Part shown: in pieces, positions 17,139 through 26,793 of the stretch | How positions within the stretch are numbered: the stretch's first letter is position 1 | How the letters are laid out: the number at the start of each line of letters is the position of its first letter | NCBI GenBank assembly: GCA_043819135.1 | Contig: JBDRFG010000029.1 | Span: forward strand, 1 to 33,172 | Length of the DNA: 33,172 bases | Direction: 5' to 3' | Origin: Candidatus Eiseniibacteriota bacterium | Lineage (GTDB): Bacteria; Joyebacterota; Joyebacteria; Joyebacterales; Joyebacteraceae | Made by a program: the position numbers and the translations under genes | Notes under the pieces: model-generated | Seen by the model: the letters and a program-made list of their open reading frames with translations, nothing else | Database searches by the model: none | What the model was told of the DNA's origin: nothing

Positions 17139-17905
17139 CGGTGATGGAACTCCGGGAGAAAAAGCTCTTCATCGCAGTCAGCGCGGGCGGTCTGATTCTC
17201 CTTGCCGTTCTTGCAGCGGTAGCGTGGTATCTTGTCGCGCCGCGCCTGTCGGGTCTGCACGAGGACCTGCCCGGGATCGTCGGCGCGGCCCTTCTGCTCG
17301 CGTTCGCGGCCATCGCAGTCGGACTCGGGATGATCGCCCTGTCCGCCGTCACTGGCAGGCGCGTGCTCTTCAGTCAGCGGATCACGTCGACGGTCGTGCG
17401 CGTCCTCTTTCCGCTGGTCCTCATGCTCTCGCGCATCATCGGCATCGAGAAGGATCACGTCAAACGTTCGTTCATCGCCGTGAACAACGCGCTGGTCGGT
17501 GCCGGACGTGACGCGCTCAGAGAGGGAAGGGTGATGCTCCTCCTTCCGCACTGCCTGCAGTCGACCGACTGCGGGAACAGGATCACAGGAGGGCTCATCG
17601 AGAACTGCCAGGGCTGCGGCAAGTGCGTCATATCGAGCCTGCTCACGCTGGCGAGCGAGCACGATCTGGCGCTGGCCGTGGCGACGGGCGGCACGCTGGC
17701 CCGGCGCGTCATCGGCGAGGTGCGGCCGACCGCCATCATCGCGGTCGCCTGCGAGACGGATCTGACCAGCGGGATACAGGACAGCTACCCGCTCCCGGTC
17801 TACGGTGTTCTCAACGAGCGGCCTAACGGCCCCTGCCGTGACACGACCGTCAATCTTGATCGAGTGAAGGAAGCGATAGTCTTCTTCGCTTCCGCCGGAA
17901 AGTAG
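17135..17905 (+). CDS. DUF116 family membrane protein
   Basis: Two N-terminal TM segments, LLLPHCLQ, CxxCxxC, VATGGTLAR, AVACE.DL, GPC.DT. Lies between fmt and rsmB. Confidence 0.88.
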   Translation: MTVMELREKKLFIAVSAGGLILLAVLAAVAWYLVAPRLSGLHEDLPGIVGAALLLAFAAIAVGLGMIALSAVTGRRVLFSQRITSTVVRVLFPLVLMLSRIIGIEKDHVKRSFIAVNNALVGAGRDALREGRVMLLLPHCLQSTDCGNRITGGLIENCQGCGKCVISSLLTLASEHDLALAVATGGTLARRVIGEVRPTAIIAVACETDLTSGIQDSYPLPVYGVLNERPNGPCRDTTVNLDRVKEAIVFFASAGK

Positions 17906-19372
17906 GTGCCATTGGACGCACGGAAGACAGCTCTCCTGAGCCTGACGGAGTGGGAATCCGGCGACCGGAACATTGACGTGGTTCTCGAACGTCGTCTCGC
18001 CGGCGCGACCCTGGACTCGCGGGACACGGCGCTCACTCAGAATCTGACCTACGGCGTCATCCGGTGGAAGGGCAAGCTCGACTGGGTCCTGGACCAGTAC
18101 GTCAAGGGAGGTCTGACGTCGCTGCCGGTCCCGATCCGGAACGCGCTGAGGCTGGGACTCTATCAGATAGACTATCTTGACCGCATACCGCCGCGCGCCG
18201 CCGTCAACGAGTCGGTAGAGCTGGCGAAGGAGTTCGGGCACAAGGGGACCGCCGGTCTCGTGAACGCCGTGCTGCGTAACATTCTCACGTCGCTCAGACC
18301 GGACTATCCGGACATGCGGAAGGACCCGGTAGGTCACATCAGCGTCGTCTACTCCCACCCCGCCGTACTGGTCGAGAGGTGGATCGCTCGGTACGGCGTG
18401 GAGATGACGGTCATTTTCTGCGAATACAACAACGAGGTGCCGCGTCTGGTGGCACGCGCCAACGGACTGAGCGCGACGGCAGCGGCCCTGGCACGGGCCC
18501 TCAAGGCCGAGGGACGGGAGACGCGTCCCGGGCGCTACTTCGACGAATGCCTGGAGATCCTCACTGGAGGGGACGTGTCCGGACTGAACAGCTTCACGAG
18601 CGGCATGATGCAGATCCAGGACGAGAGCACGCTTCTTGCGGTGAAGCTCCTGGACCCGCGTCCGGGCGAGGACATCATCGACATGTGCGCCGCGCCGGGC
18701 GGCAAGACGACATACATCGCCGAGCGCATGCTCGGGGAGGGGACGATCAAGGCGTTCGAGATATCGGAACCTCGTGCGGACAAGCTGGCCAGCAACATAG
18801 AGAGGCTCTCGATCGGGAACTGCAGCGTTTTCAGGAGCGACGCGATCGTCGAGGCCGACGGTCCCGTCGACGGTGTCCTGGTGGATGCGCCGTGCACCGG
18901 CACGGGCACACTGGGGCGGCGAGTCGACTCCCGCTGGAAGTTCGATCTGCACGCGCGCGAGCGAGTGCGTTCGGACATCGAGGAGCTCAAGCGAATGCAC
19001 CCGAGGCAGATCTTCGCTCGTCAGGTCGGACGCCAGCTGCGGCTTCTCTTGAAGGCGGCGACCCTGGTGGACGACGGCGGCAGGGTCGTATACAGCACCT
19101 GTTCGATGGAGCCGGAGGAGAACGAGCAGGTGATTGCGAGGTTCCTCGAGAGGCGTCCGGACTTCGCGCTGGATGACGCCGCGGACTTCGTCCCGCCGAT
19201 GTTCGTGGACGGAGGGTTCGTGCGCGTGCTTCCGCACAAACATGCGATCGACGGCGGGTTCGCCGCGAGGCTGGTCAGGAGCGGGCGCGCGCCACTGGCA
19301 ATGGAGGCGGGGGAGTCCGCCGAGATGGTGATGGAGGCAGAGGGAGTTGGATCATTCGACCTCGAGGCGTGA
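17906..19372 (+). CDS. rsmB: 16S rRNA m5C967 methyltransferase RsmB
   Basis: NusB-like N-terminus (AAVNESVELAK, GLVNAVLR), QDE, DMCAAPGGKT, DAPCTGTG, YSTCS. Confidence 0.95.
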   Translation: MPLDARKTALLSLTEWESGDRNIDVVLERRLAGATLDSRDTALTQNLTYGVIRWKGKLDWVLDQYVKGGLTSLPVPIRNALRLGLYQIDYLDRIPPRAAVNESVELAKEFGHKGTAGLVNAVLRNILTSLRPDYPDMRKDPVGHISVVYSHPAVLVERWIARYGVEMTVIFCEYNNEVPRLVARANGLSATAAALARALKAEGRETRPGRYFDECLEILTGGDVSGLNSFTSGMMQIQDESTLLAVKLLDPRPGEDIIDMCAAPGGKTTYIAERMLGEGTIKAFEISEPRADKLASNIERLSIGNCSVFRSDAIVEADGPVDGVLVDAPCTGTGTLGRRVDSRWKFDLHARERVRSDIEELKRMHPRQIFARQVGRQLRLLLKAATLVDDGGRVVYSTCSMEPEENEQVIARFLERRPDFALDDAADFVPPMFVDGGFVRVLPHKHAIDGGFAARLVRSGRAPLAMEAGESAEMVMEAEGVGSFDLEA

Positions 19373-20204
19373 CAACCCGGTGACGATCCTGCTCGGGAGG
19401 GTGCTGCGGCGACGCGGCTTGCGTGGCGAATCCGCCGATGCGCCCGAGGATCGCGGCGACGAGCGCAGGCCGCTCGGCGAAGTGGTCCGACGCGTCCTGC
19501 TCCATCTTTCGGCCGTGCTCGCGGCCGCGGTCTGCGCCGCACTTCTCGTCAATTACGTCATAATGCCGGTCATCGTCCGCCGGGGTGACCTCACGGTGGC
19601 TCCCAACATGGTCGGAGTGCCGGTAGTGGAGGCCGAGAAGCTCGCCGAGGCCGCGGGAGTGCGCACCCGGGTCGACACCGAACGGCCGGACCCCGGTGTC
19701 CCCATGGGATCGGTCGCCTTCCAGACGCCGCAGGCGGGAACGCAGATCAAGCGGGGGAGGACGGTTGGGCTCGTCGTCAGCTCCGGGGCGGACATGAGAA
19801 TGCTCCCGAAGCTCGCGGGCCTGAACGCCCGGCAGGCGCAGCTGGATGCCGAGCATGCCGGCTTCGCCATCGAGGAGGTCGTGGAGATCCACACGGACAA
19901 CGTCGAACGGGGCAGAGTCGTCGGGACCGATCCGAGTGAGGGCGCCGTCAGGTCGCTCGGGACCGGCGTCCGGATGCTCGTGAGCCTCGGGCCGAGGCCG
20001 GCAGAACTCGTCATGCCTTCTCTGGTCGGGAAGACGGCCGAGGAGGCGAGGCTCATTGTGGAGGGACTCGGCCTCGTCATGCGGTCGGTCAAATACGAGC
20101 GTTTTCGCGGGCGGAGCTCGCGGGAGGTCGTGGTGGTGCAGGATCCCGTCGCGGGGTCGCACGTCGTTGAGGGCGAAGGCGTGACTCTGAGAATAGGAAG
20201 CTAG
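19347..20204 (+). CDS. Membrane-anchored protein with three PASTA domains and no kinase domain
   Basis: TM segment, then repeats APNMVG, LPKLAG, MPSLVG with QTP/TDP/QDP and LVVS.G. The start may be GTG 19380. Confidence 0.88.
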   Translation: MDHSTSRRDNPVTILLGRVLRRRGLRGESADAPEDRGDERRPLGEVVRRVLLHLSAVLAAAVCAALLVNYVIMPVIVRRGDLTVAPNMVGVPVVEAEKLAEAAGVRTRVDTERPDPGVPMGSVAFQTPQAGTQIKRGRTVGLVVSSGADMRMLPKLAGLNARQAQLDAEHAGFAIEEVVEIHTDNVERGRVVGTDPSEGAVRSLGTGVRMLVSLGPRPAELVMPSLVGKTAEEARLIVEGLGLVMRSVKYERFRGRSSREVVVVQDPVAGSHVVEGEGVTLRIGS

Positions 20205-20218
20205 GAGAGAGGGCGCAC

Positions 20219-20896
20219 ATGGCGGAGCGCAAGGTCCTCATTTCGCCGTCGATACTGGCGGCCGACTTCACGCGGCTCGGCGAAGAGATCCGGACCATCG
20301 AGGCCGCCGGGGCCGACATGATACACATCGACGTTATGGATGGTCACTTCGTGCCCAACCTGACGATGGGACCGTTCATCGTGGAAGCGGTACGCAGGTG
20401 CACCGACCTTCCCATTGACGCGCACCTCATGATCGCGGACCCAGCCGCGTACGCGTCGGCGTTCATCGACGCGGGGGCGGACTTCATCGTCTTTCACAGT
20501 GAGGCGTGCGAAGACCCGTCGGTGGTACTCGACCTCGTCCGGTCGCGCGGGGCGAAGCCCGGCCTGGCGGTCAACCCGCCCAATCCGGCCGAGAGCCTGG
20601 AGCCGTACCTCGCCGACATCGACCTGGCGCTCATCATGACCGTCAATCCCGGATTCGCGGGCCAGAGCTTCATCGCCGACGTGATGCCCAAGCTGGCTAC
20701 CGTCGCGCGGTGGAAGAGCGAGCGGAGCCTGGATCTTCTGATCGAGGTTGACGGAGGCATCGGGCCCTCTCAGGCCCCAACGGTAGTGGAGAACGGCGGT
20801 GAGGTCCTGGTGGCCGCCTCAGCGATCTTCGGGGCGGAGGACGCCGGTGCGGCCCTCGTGGCGCTCAGAGAGGCAGGGGAGTCCGTCCTGGACTAG
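20219..20896 (+). CDS. rpe: Ribulose-phosphate 3-epimerase
   Basis: ISPSILAADF, HIDVMDGHFVPNLT, MTVNPGFAGQ, EVDGGI. Confidence 0.98.
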   Translation: MAERKVLISPSILAADFTRLGEEIRTIEAAGADMIHIDVMDGHFVPNLTMGPFIVEAVRRCTDLPIDAHLMIADPAAYASAFIDAGADFIVFHSEACEDPSVVLDLVRSRGAKPGLAVNPPNPAESLEPYLADIDLALIMTVNPGFAGQSFIADVMPKLATVARWKSERSLDLLIEVDGGIGPSQAPTVVENGGEVLVAASAIFGAEDAGAALVALREAGESVLD

Positions 20897-20969
20897 GGCG
20901 CCTCGGCGCCGCACGCCGGGGCGACACGGACCCCAACTGGGAGTAGTGCCTGGGCCGCTCTGTTTCCAC

Positions 20970-20998
20970 TTGCGCGATATCTTCCCCTTTGGTATATT
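20970..20998 (+). promoter_or_regulatory. Sigma70 promoter upstream of ffh
   Basis: TTGCGC, 17 nt spacer, extended -10 TGg-TATATT. Confidence 0.6.
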
Positions 20999-21188
20999 CT
21001 CTAGGTTGTGTCAGTTGCGGGCCCGAAGCTTGACGGCTAGCCGGGGCGGTGAATTGCTGTACCCCTTGGGCGGGCGTCATCAGCTAGTTTGGCCTTCAAG
21101 CCCCGTAACCCTCGCATTACCGGGAACGCGCTGCTGGGTGCGTTCCGAACGGGGCGTGAGGAACCTGTACGGGAAGGCGACGCAGGGG

Positions 21189-22517
21189 ATGTTCGAGCAG
21201 CTTTCGGAGCGATTCCAAAGCGCGTTCAGGTCGCTGACCGGACGGGGAAGACTCAGCGAGGCCAACATCGAGGAGGCGCTCAGGGAGGTTCGGCGAGCGC
21301 TGCTCGAAGCTGACGTCAACTTCAAGGTCGCGCGCGGGTTCGTGGAGGACGTCAAGGCGCGTGCGATCGGCGAGGATGTTCTCAAGAGCGTCACGCCGGG
21401 CCAGCAGATGGTCAAGGTCGTCCACGACGAGCTGGTCGGCCTGCTCGGAGGACGCGCGGACCCGTTCCGGATCCCGTCGGGTGCACCCGCGGTCGTAATG
21501 GTCGTGGGGCTCCAGGGGTCGGGCAAGACGACGTTCTGCGCGAAGCTGGCGAACTACCTCCGACGCAGGGGGAAGAGCCCGATGCTCGCCGCGGCGGACA
21601 CGTACCGCCCGGCGGCTCAGGAGCAACTGGCCACGCTCGGCGGACAGCTTGGCCTGCCGGTGCACGTAGGCGAGGCGGGCGCGGACCCTGTCGGGATCGC
21701 GACGTCGGCGCTTCGTGAGGCCAGAGAGACGGGGTCGGACATCGTCATTCTGGATACCGCGGGGCGGCTGCACGTCGACGACGACATGATGTCCGAGCTC
21801 GAGCGGATTCGAACGGCCACGAGGCCATCCGAGATCCTGCTTGTCCTGGACAGCATGACCGGCCAGGACGCTGTAAACGTCGCGTCGGAGTTCGCGAGAA
21901 GGCTCGATTTCACCGGTGCCGTCCTGTCGAAGCTCGACGGTGACACGCGCGGGGGCGCAGCAGTGTCCCTCCGTGCCGTTACGGGCAAACCCATCAAGTT
22001 TGCCAGCATGGGCGAGAAGCTGGATGCGCTCGAAGCGTTTCACCCGGACCGCATGGCATCGCGGATCCTCGGCATGGGCGACGTTGTCACCCTGGTGGAT
22101 CGCGCGCAGGAGGTCACCGACCTCGACGAGGCGGCGAAGCTCGAAGAAAAGATCCGCAAAGAGAGCCTGACGCTCGAGGACTTCGCCGAGCAGATTCAGG
22201 CGCTGAAGAAGATGGGCCCTCTCGACCAGCTCGTCGGCATGATGCCCGGCATGAGCAAGATGGGCAAGGTGGACGTCGACGAACGGGCGCTGGCACGGGT
22301 GGAAGCGATCATCAGCTCGATGACGCCAGGCGAGAGAAGAAACCCGGCGGTCATCGATGGAAGCAGACGTAGGCGCATCGCGAGGGGGAGCGGGACGACC
22401 GTGCAGGACATCAATCGTCTCCTCAAGCAGTTCGACGCGATGAAGAAGATGGCAAAGCAGTTCGGGAAGCTGGGGAAGCGCGGGAAGATCCCCGGCTTGA
22501 CACCATTCGGCGTGTGA
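21189..22517 (+). CDS. ffh: Signal recognition particle protein
   Basis: MFEQLSERF start, [24 protein letters not shown], Met-rich M domain with [11 protein letters not shown]. Confidence 0.98.
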   Translation: MFEQLSERFQSAFRSLTGRGRLSEANIEEALREVRRALLEADVNFKVARGFVEDVKARAIGEDVLKSVTPGQQMVKVVHDELVGLLGGRADPFRIPSGAPAVVMVVGLQGSGKTTFCAKLANYLRRRGKSPMLAAADTYRPAAQEQLATLGGQLGLPVHVGEAGADPVGIATSALREARETGSDIVILDTAGRLHVDDDMMSELERIRTATRPSEILLVLDSMTGQDAVNVASEFARRLDFTGAVLSKLDGDTRGGAAVSLRAVTGKPIKFASMGEKLDALEAFHPDRMASRILGMGDVVTLVDRAQEVTDLDEAAKLEEKIRKESLTLEDFAEQIQALKKMGPLDQLVGMMPGMSKMGKVDVDERALARVEAIISSMTPGERRNPAVIDGSRRRRIARGSGTTVQDINRLLKQFDAMKKMAKQFGKLGKRGKIPGLTPFGV

Positions 22518-22582
22518 TGGCACTGCATGGTCCCTGGCACGCGCGGACACCGGACAAAACGAGTAGACGAGGAGGAAGACTG

Positions 22583-23245
22583 GTGGCGGTACGAATCAGA
22601 CTGCAGCGCAAGGGCGCTAAGCAAATGGCCTTCTACCGGATCGTGGTAGCCGACGCAAGAGCGCCCAGGGACGGCCGGTTCATCGAGCAGCTGGGCTATT
22701 ACGATCCGCTCAAGGAGCCCGCGGACATCAAGGTCGAAACGGAGAAGGTGCTCGACTGGTTCGGCAAGGGGGCGAAGCCGACCGAGACGGTGAAGTCACT
22801 CTTCTCTCGCGTTGGGATCATGGAGACCTGGCATCACGTTCGCCAAGGCAAGCCCTACGATGAGGTACGTCACATCGAGGACGAAGCCCGCAAGAGGATG
22901 GAGGCCGCGGCCTCCATGCAGAAGCGGACGACGGAAGTGACGAAGGCGGCGAAGAAGGCCGCCAAGACGGCCGACGAGGAGCAGGTGGAGCCTGCGGTCG
23001 ACGACGCAGGATCCGAGGCGACTGGCGCCGAGGAGGCGGCGGCAGAACCCGCGGCGGAACCGCAGGTGGAGGCGGAGGACGCTGCCAGCTCCGACGCCGT
23101 GGCGGAATCGGGTGGTGAGGAAACTGCGGAGACGCCGGAGGAGGCACCGGAGGCTGAAGAGACAGCAGCCGAGCCGGAGCCCGAGAAGGCACCGGAGGCT
23201 GAAGAGACAGCAGCCGAGCCGGAGCCCGAGAAGACCGAGGGGTAG
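22583..23245 (+). CDS. rpsP: 30S ribosomal protein S16 with long acidic C-terminal extension
   Basis: GTG after [17 protein letters not shown]...[25 protein letters not shown]. Confidence 0.96.
   Translation: MAVRIRLQRKGAKQMAFYRIVVADARAPRDGRFIEQLGYYDPLKEPADIKVETEKVLDWFGKGAKPTETVKSLFSRVGIMETWHHVRQGKPYDEVRHIEDEARKRMEAAASMQKRTTEVTKAAKKAAKTADEEQVEPAVDDAGSEATGAEEAAAEPAAEPQVEAEDAASSDAVAESGGEETAETPEEAPEAEETAAEPEPEKAPEAEETAAEPEPEKTEG
23144..23233 (+). repeat. Exact 45-bp tandem duplication in the rpsP tail ([15 protein letters not shown] x2)
   Basis: 23144-23188 is identical to 23189-23233. Confidence 0.97.
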
Positions 23246-23284
23246 CAGGAGTTCATACCGAGTCTCCTGGAAAGGTTCAACGCC

Positions 23285-23560
23285 ATGTTTGAGGACGAGA
23301 CCAAGACCACAGACCGTACGGACCTCTCACTTCAGGAACTGGTCGAGTACATCGCACGAGGTCTCGTGACCAGACCTGACGACGTCACCGTCACCGAGGG
23401 AACCAAGGGTGACATGATCGTCTACGAGGTCAGGGTCGCTGACGAGGACAAGGGCCGAGTCATCGGCAAGAACGGACGTACTGCGAAGGCGCTCCGTGCG
23501 ATAATCGGCGCAGCGGCGACGAAGGCCGAGAAGAAGGCAACGGTCGAGATCATTGACTAG
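23285..23560 (+). CDS. khpA: KH domain RNA-binding protein KhpA
   Basis: ELVEYIARGLV, DKGRVIGKNGRTAKALR, located between rpsP and rimM. Confidence 0.94.
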   Translation: MFEDETKTTDRTDLSLQELVEYIARGLVTRPDDVTVTEGTKGDMIVYEVRVADEDKGRVIGKNGRTAKALRAIIGAAATKAEKKATVEIID

Positions 23561-23611
23561 ACGTTCTCCGGTTTCCCTGGTGCCGGAGCGTCCACTCCCG
23601 AGGGTCGTCCG

Positions 23612-24127
23612 ATGAGACAGCTCGACGACTGGATCGAGGCGGGAGCGATAGTCCGACCACACGGTATCAAGGGAGAAGTGGCCATCGATCTGGCCAGGGA
23701 TCTGCTGGAGGTCGTCACCGAGTCGCTCGAACTCAGGGTCACCGGCCGCGGAGGCGGGGAGAGCATCCTCACCGTAGAACGCGCGCGCGATCATAAGGCC
23801 CGCAAGGTGGTGAAGTTCGAGGGCGTGGAGACCGTGGAGGACGCCGACGCCCTTCGTGGCTCGACGGTCTGGCTGTCCAGAGAGCAGATCGGCCCGCTGT
23901 CGGAGGATCGCTGGTTCGTGGCCGACATCGTCGGGATCGACGTCTACACGGACGAGGACGAGTACCTCGGGAAGCTCGCCGAGGTGATGCACATGCCGGC
24001 GAACGACGTTTACGTCGTTCGGGACGGCGAAAAGGAGATCCTGCTTCCGGTCATCGACGATGTCGTTCTGAGCGTGGACGTCGGCTCGGGCAGGATGGTG
24101 ATTCACCTGATGGAGGGATTGGCTTAG
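23612..24127 (+). CDS. rimM: Ribosome maturation factor RimM
   Basis: [20 protein letters not shown]; operon position. Confidence 0.95.
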   Translation: MRQLDDWIEAGAIVRPHGIKGEVAIDLARDLLEVVTESLELRVTGRGGGESILTVERARDHKARKVVKFEGVETVEDADALRGSTVWLSREQIGPLSEDRWFVADIVGIDVYTDEDEYLGKLAEVMHMPANDVYVVRDGEKEILLPVIDDVVLSVDVGSGRMVIHLMEGLA

Positions 24128-24137
24128 GGGGCATCTC

Positions 24138-24890
24138 TTGAGGATAGAAGTTCTGACGCTCTTCCCGGAGATGTTCGAGGGCCCCTTGAGCGAGAGCATT
24201 CTCGGGCAGGCGCAGGAGTCGGGCCTGCTCTCAATAGGTCTGACGAACATCAGGGATTTCGCCAGGGACAAGCACCGGACCACCGATGACTACCCCTACG
24301 GTGGCGGCGGCGGGATGGTGATGAAGCCCGAACCGATCTTTGAAGCTACCGAGAGCGTGCTCGCGGAGGGCCCCGGCGACTCCACTGCCATCATCCTCCT
24401 GTCGGCGCGCGGCAGGCTGTTCGACCAGGCTCTGGCGGCTGAGTTCGCCAGGCGGGAGAGGCTACTCCTCATCTGTGGGCGCTACAAGGGCGTCGACGAA
24501 CGGGTCACCTCTCTGGTCACTCACGAGGTCTCCATCGGCGACTACGTTCTGACCGGCGGAGAGCTCGCGGCGATGGTCATCGTGGATGCGGTGGCTCGCC
24601 TGCTGCCGGGGGTCCTCGGTGATATCGAGTCCGCCGAGACGGATTCCCACTTCGACGGGCTGCTGGGGCCACCGACCTACACGAGGCCGGAGGATTACAG
24701 GGAGGAGCGGGTGCCCGACGTGCTCTTGTCGGGGAACCACGAGAGGATACGGCTCTGGAGACGGAAGGCCGCGCTGCGCGTGACGAAGGAGAGGCGGCCG
24801 GACCTGCTGGAAGCGACACAGCTTACCGACGAGGACATCAGAATCCTCGATGAGATAGAGCACGAAGGCGCAAACGAGAATACCGAGTAG
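24138..24890 (+). CDS. trmD: tRNA (guanine-N1)-methyltransferase
   Basis: [43 protein letters not shown]. Confidence 0.98.
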   Translation: MRIEVLTLFPEMFEGPLSESILGQAQESGLLSIGLTNIRDFARDKHRTTDDYPYGGGGGMVMKPEPIFEATESVLAEGPGDSTAIILLSARGRLFDQALAAEFARRERLLLICGRYKGVDERVTSLVTHEVSIGDYVLTGGELAAMVIVDAVARLLPGVLGDIESAETDSHFDGLLGPPTYTRPEDYREERVPDVLLSGNHERIRLWRRKAALRVTKERRPDLLEATQLTDEDIRILDEIEHEGANENTE

Positions 24891-24927
24891 AAGAAACGAC
24901 GTGGGGAACGAGTCACGGGGAGTCAAC

Positions 24928-25278
24928 ATGAATGAAAGAGTGCGAGAGATAGAACGCGGCTACACGCGCGAGAACGTCACCGAGTTCCAGATCGGTGACA
25001 CCGTCCGGGTGCACGTTCGCATCCGGGAGGGCGAGAAGGAGAGGACGCAGGCGTTCGAGGGGACGGTCATCGCGAGGCAGAGCACCGGCCCCAACGAGAC
25101 GTTCACGGTGCGGAGGGTGGCGTCGGGCATAGGCGTCGAGAGGATCTTCCCGGTGTCCTCGCCGAACGTCCAGGAGATAGTGGTCACGCGCCGCGGCAAG
25201 GCGCGCAGAGCCAAGCTCTACTATCTGAGGAAGAGGACCGGTAAGGCGGCGAAGACCAAGGCTCGTGACCTGAGGTAG
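24928..25278 (+). CDS. rplS: 50S ribosomal protein L19
   Basis: [39 protein letters not shown]. Confidence 0.98.
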   Translation: MNERVREIERGYTRENVTEFQIGDTVRVHVRIREGEKERTQAFEGTVIARQSTGPNETFTVRRVASGIGVERIFPVSSPNVQEIVVTRRGKARRAKLYYLRKRTGKAAKTKARDLR

Positions 25279-25306
25279 AACGTCCCCTTCGTGAGAGACG
25301 CGGGCA

Positions 25307-26359
25307 ATGGCTGAATCCGAGACCAGGCACGGTGACGGGGAAGCCTGCTCCGATGCGGCCGAGCTTGACCGCGCGCCGGGCGTCGCTCCCGAGCTTTCCA
25401 GTATGACCGTTCGAGAAGTGTGCGAGTACGTCGCCGGAGCTCCCCCCGAGCCCGGCGACTCTCTTTGGCTTGCGCTCCAGAACGACCCCCGGAAAGGGAT
25501 GCAGGGCCTGTGCGACCGGCTGGTGCGCCGCAGAGACTGCGAGCGCCACGCGCTCGAGCGAGAGGAGCGGATGCGCGGGAGCGAGGCCGAACGCTGGGCC
25601 GGGGGCGACGAGTATGTGGCCGGAGTCGACGAGGCCGGACGCGGACCTCTCGCGGGACCCGTCGTGGCCGCGGCGGTCGTTCTTCCCAGGGACCTCTCCA
25701 TCAGAGGCATAGACGATTCCAAGAAGCTGACCGCGGCGAAGCGTGAGGAGTTGTTCGGACTCATCCGCCGCGACGCCGTCGCGGTCGGGACCGGCATCGT
25801 GTCCGAAGGGGTCATCGACGAGATCAACATCCTCAGGGCCACGCACCGGGCGATGCGCGAGGCCCTCGCGGGACTCGACGTGACGCCGGACCACGTCCTC
25901 ATGGACGGGGACCCCGTTCCCGAACTCGGGTTCCCGCAGACGGCCATCAATCAGGGCGACGGCAAGTCGACCGCCATTGCCGCCGCGTCCATAATAGCCA
26001 AGGTCACGCGGGACAGGATGCTCGTGGAACTCGACGAGAGGCATCCCGGCTACGGCTTCGCCCGTCACAAGGGCTACGGCACGAAGGAGCACATCTCGGC
26101 GCTCATGCGTCTGGGGCCCTGTGAGATTCACCGCCGTTCGTTCGGCGTCGTGCTCGACGCGGCGGGCGGGATGTCGGAGCTGTATGCGGGGTTCCGGGCC
26201 GCGCTCCTGGCCGCGCCCGACCCCGAGCGCCTGGAACGGATAGCGCGCGAGATAGCGCGCGAGAAAGAGCGGCTCGCCCCCTACGAGCTCTCCAAGCTCC
26301 GAGGTCTTTACAAGCGCTGTTACGTGCGCCTGCATGCGGGCATCTCCACCAGGAGGTAG
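25307..26359 (+). CDS. rnhB: Ribonuclease HII with N- and C-terminal extensions
   Basis: AGVDEAGRGPLAGPVVAAAV, DDSKKL, AASIIAKVTRD, HKGYGT, HRRSF. The start may be ATG 25403. Confidence 0.96.
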   Translation: MAESETRHGDGEACSDAAELDRAPGVAPELSSMTVREVCEYVAGAPPEPGDSLWLALQNDPRKGMQGLCDRLVRRRDCERHALEREERMRGSEAERWAGGDEYVAGVDEAGRGPLAGPVVAAAVVLPRDLSIRGIDDSKKLTAAKREELFGLIRRDAVAVGTGIVSEGVIDEINILRATHRAMREALAGLDVTPDHVLMDGDPVPELGFPQTAINQGDGKSTAIAAASIIAKVTRDRMLVELDERHPGYGFARHKGYGTKEHISALMRLGPCEIHRRSFGVVLDAAGGMSELYAGFRAALLAAPDPERLERIAREIAREKERLAPYELSKLRGLYKRCYVRLHAGISTRR

Positions 26360-26413
26360 TGCTCTCCCCGAAGCGCCCCCGTGTTCTACCGGCATTCCCC
26401 GCGGAGCGTCTCC

Positions 26414-26791
26414 ATGTCCAACGTGCGCCTCGGCGAGTTGGCCGAGAGGATCGCCGTGGCTTTCCTTCAGATGAAGGGCCACGCCATACTCGCCACGAAC
26501 TACAGGTTTCAAAGACACGAGATCGACATCGTCTCCCAGGTGGATCGCAGGATCATTTTCGTCGAGGTCAAGTGCAGGTCCGGCCTGCGATACGGACTGC
26601 CTCGTCAGGCGGTCGGGGCCGAGAAGATGCGTCGCATCGTCCGCGCCGCGTCTGGTTTCCTCGTCGAGCGCCGGCTGACCGACAGGTCGACCCGCTTCGA
26701 CGTGGTCGAGGTGCGGGTCGAGCACGGCGGGCTGTCGCTCGCCGTTGAGCATATCGTAGGGGCGTTCGGTGCGGACATGAGGGGGTGGTGA
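26414..26791 (+). CDS. yraN: YraN (UPF0102) family nuclease-like protein
   Basis: GELAE, EIDIV, FVEVK, RFDVV; lies between rnhB and comM. Confidence 0.93.
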   Translation: MSNVRLGELAERIAVAFLQMKGHAILATNYRFQRHEIDIVSQVDRRIIFVEVKCRSGLRYGLPRQAVGAEKMRRIVRAASGFLVERRLTDRSTRFDVVEVRVEHGGLSLAVEHIVGAFGADMRGW

Positions 26792-26793
26792 CG

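Noticed and set aside
20799..21188. N-terminal extension of Ffh in the ORF track
   Set aside because: The canonical MFExL start is at 21189, and the upstream part overlaps rpe and a promoter.
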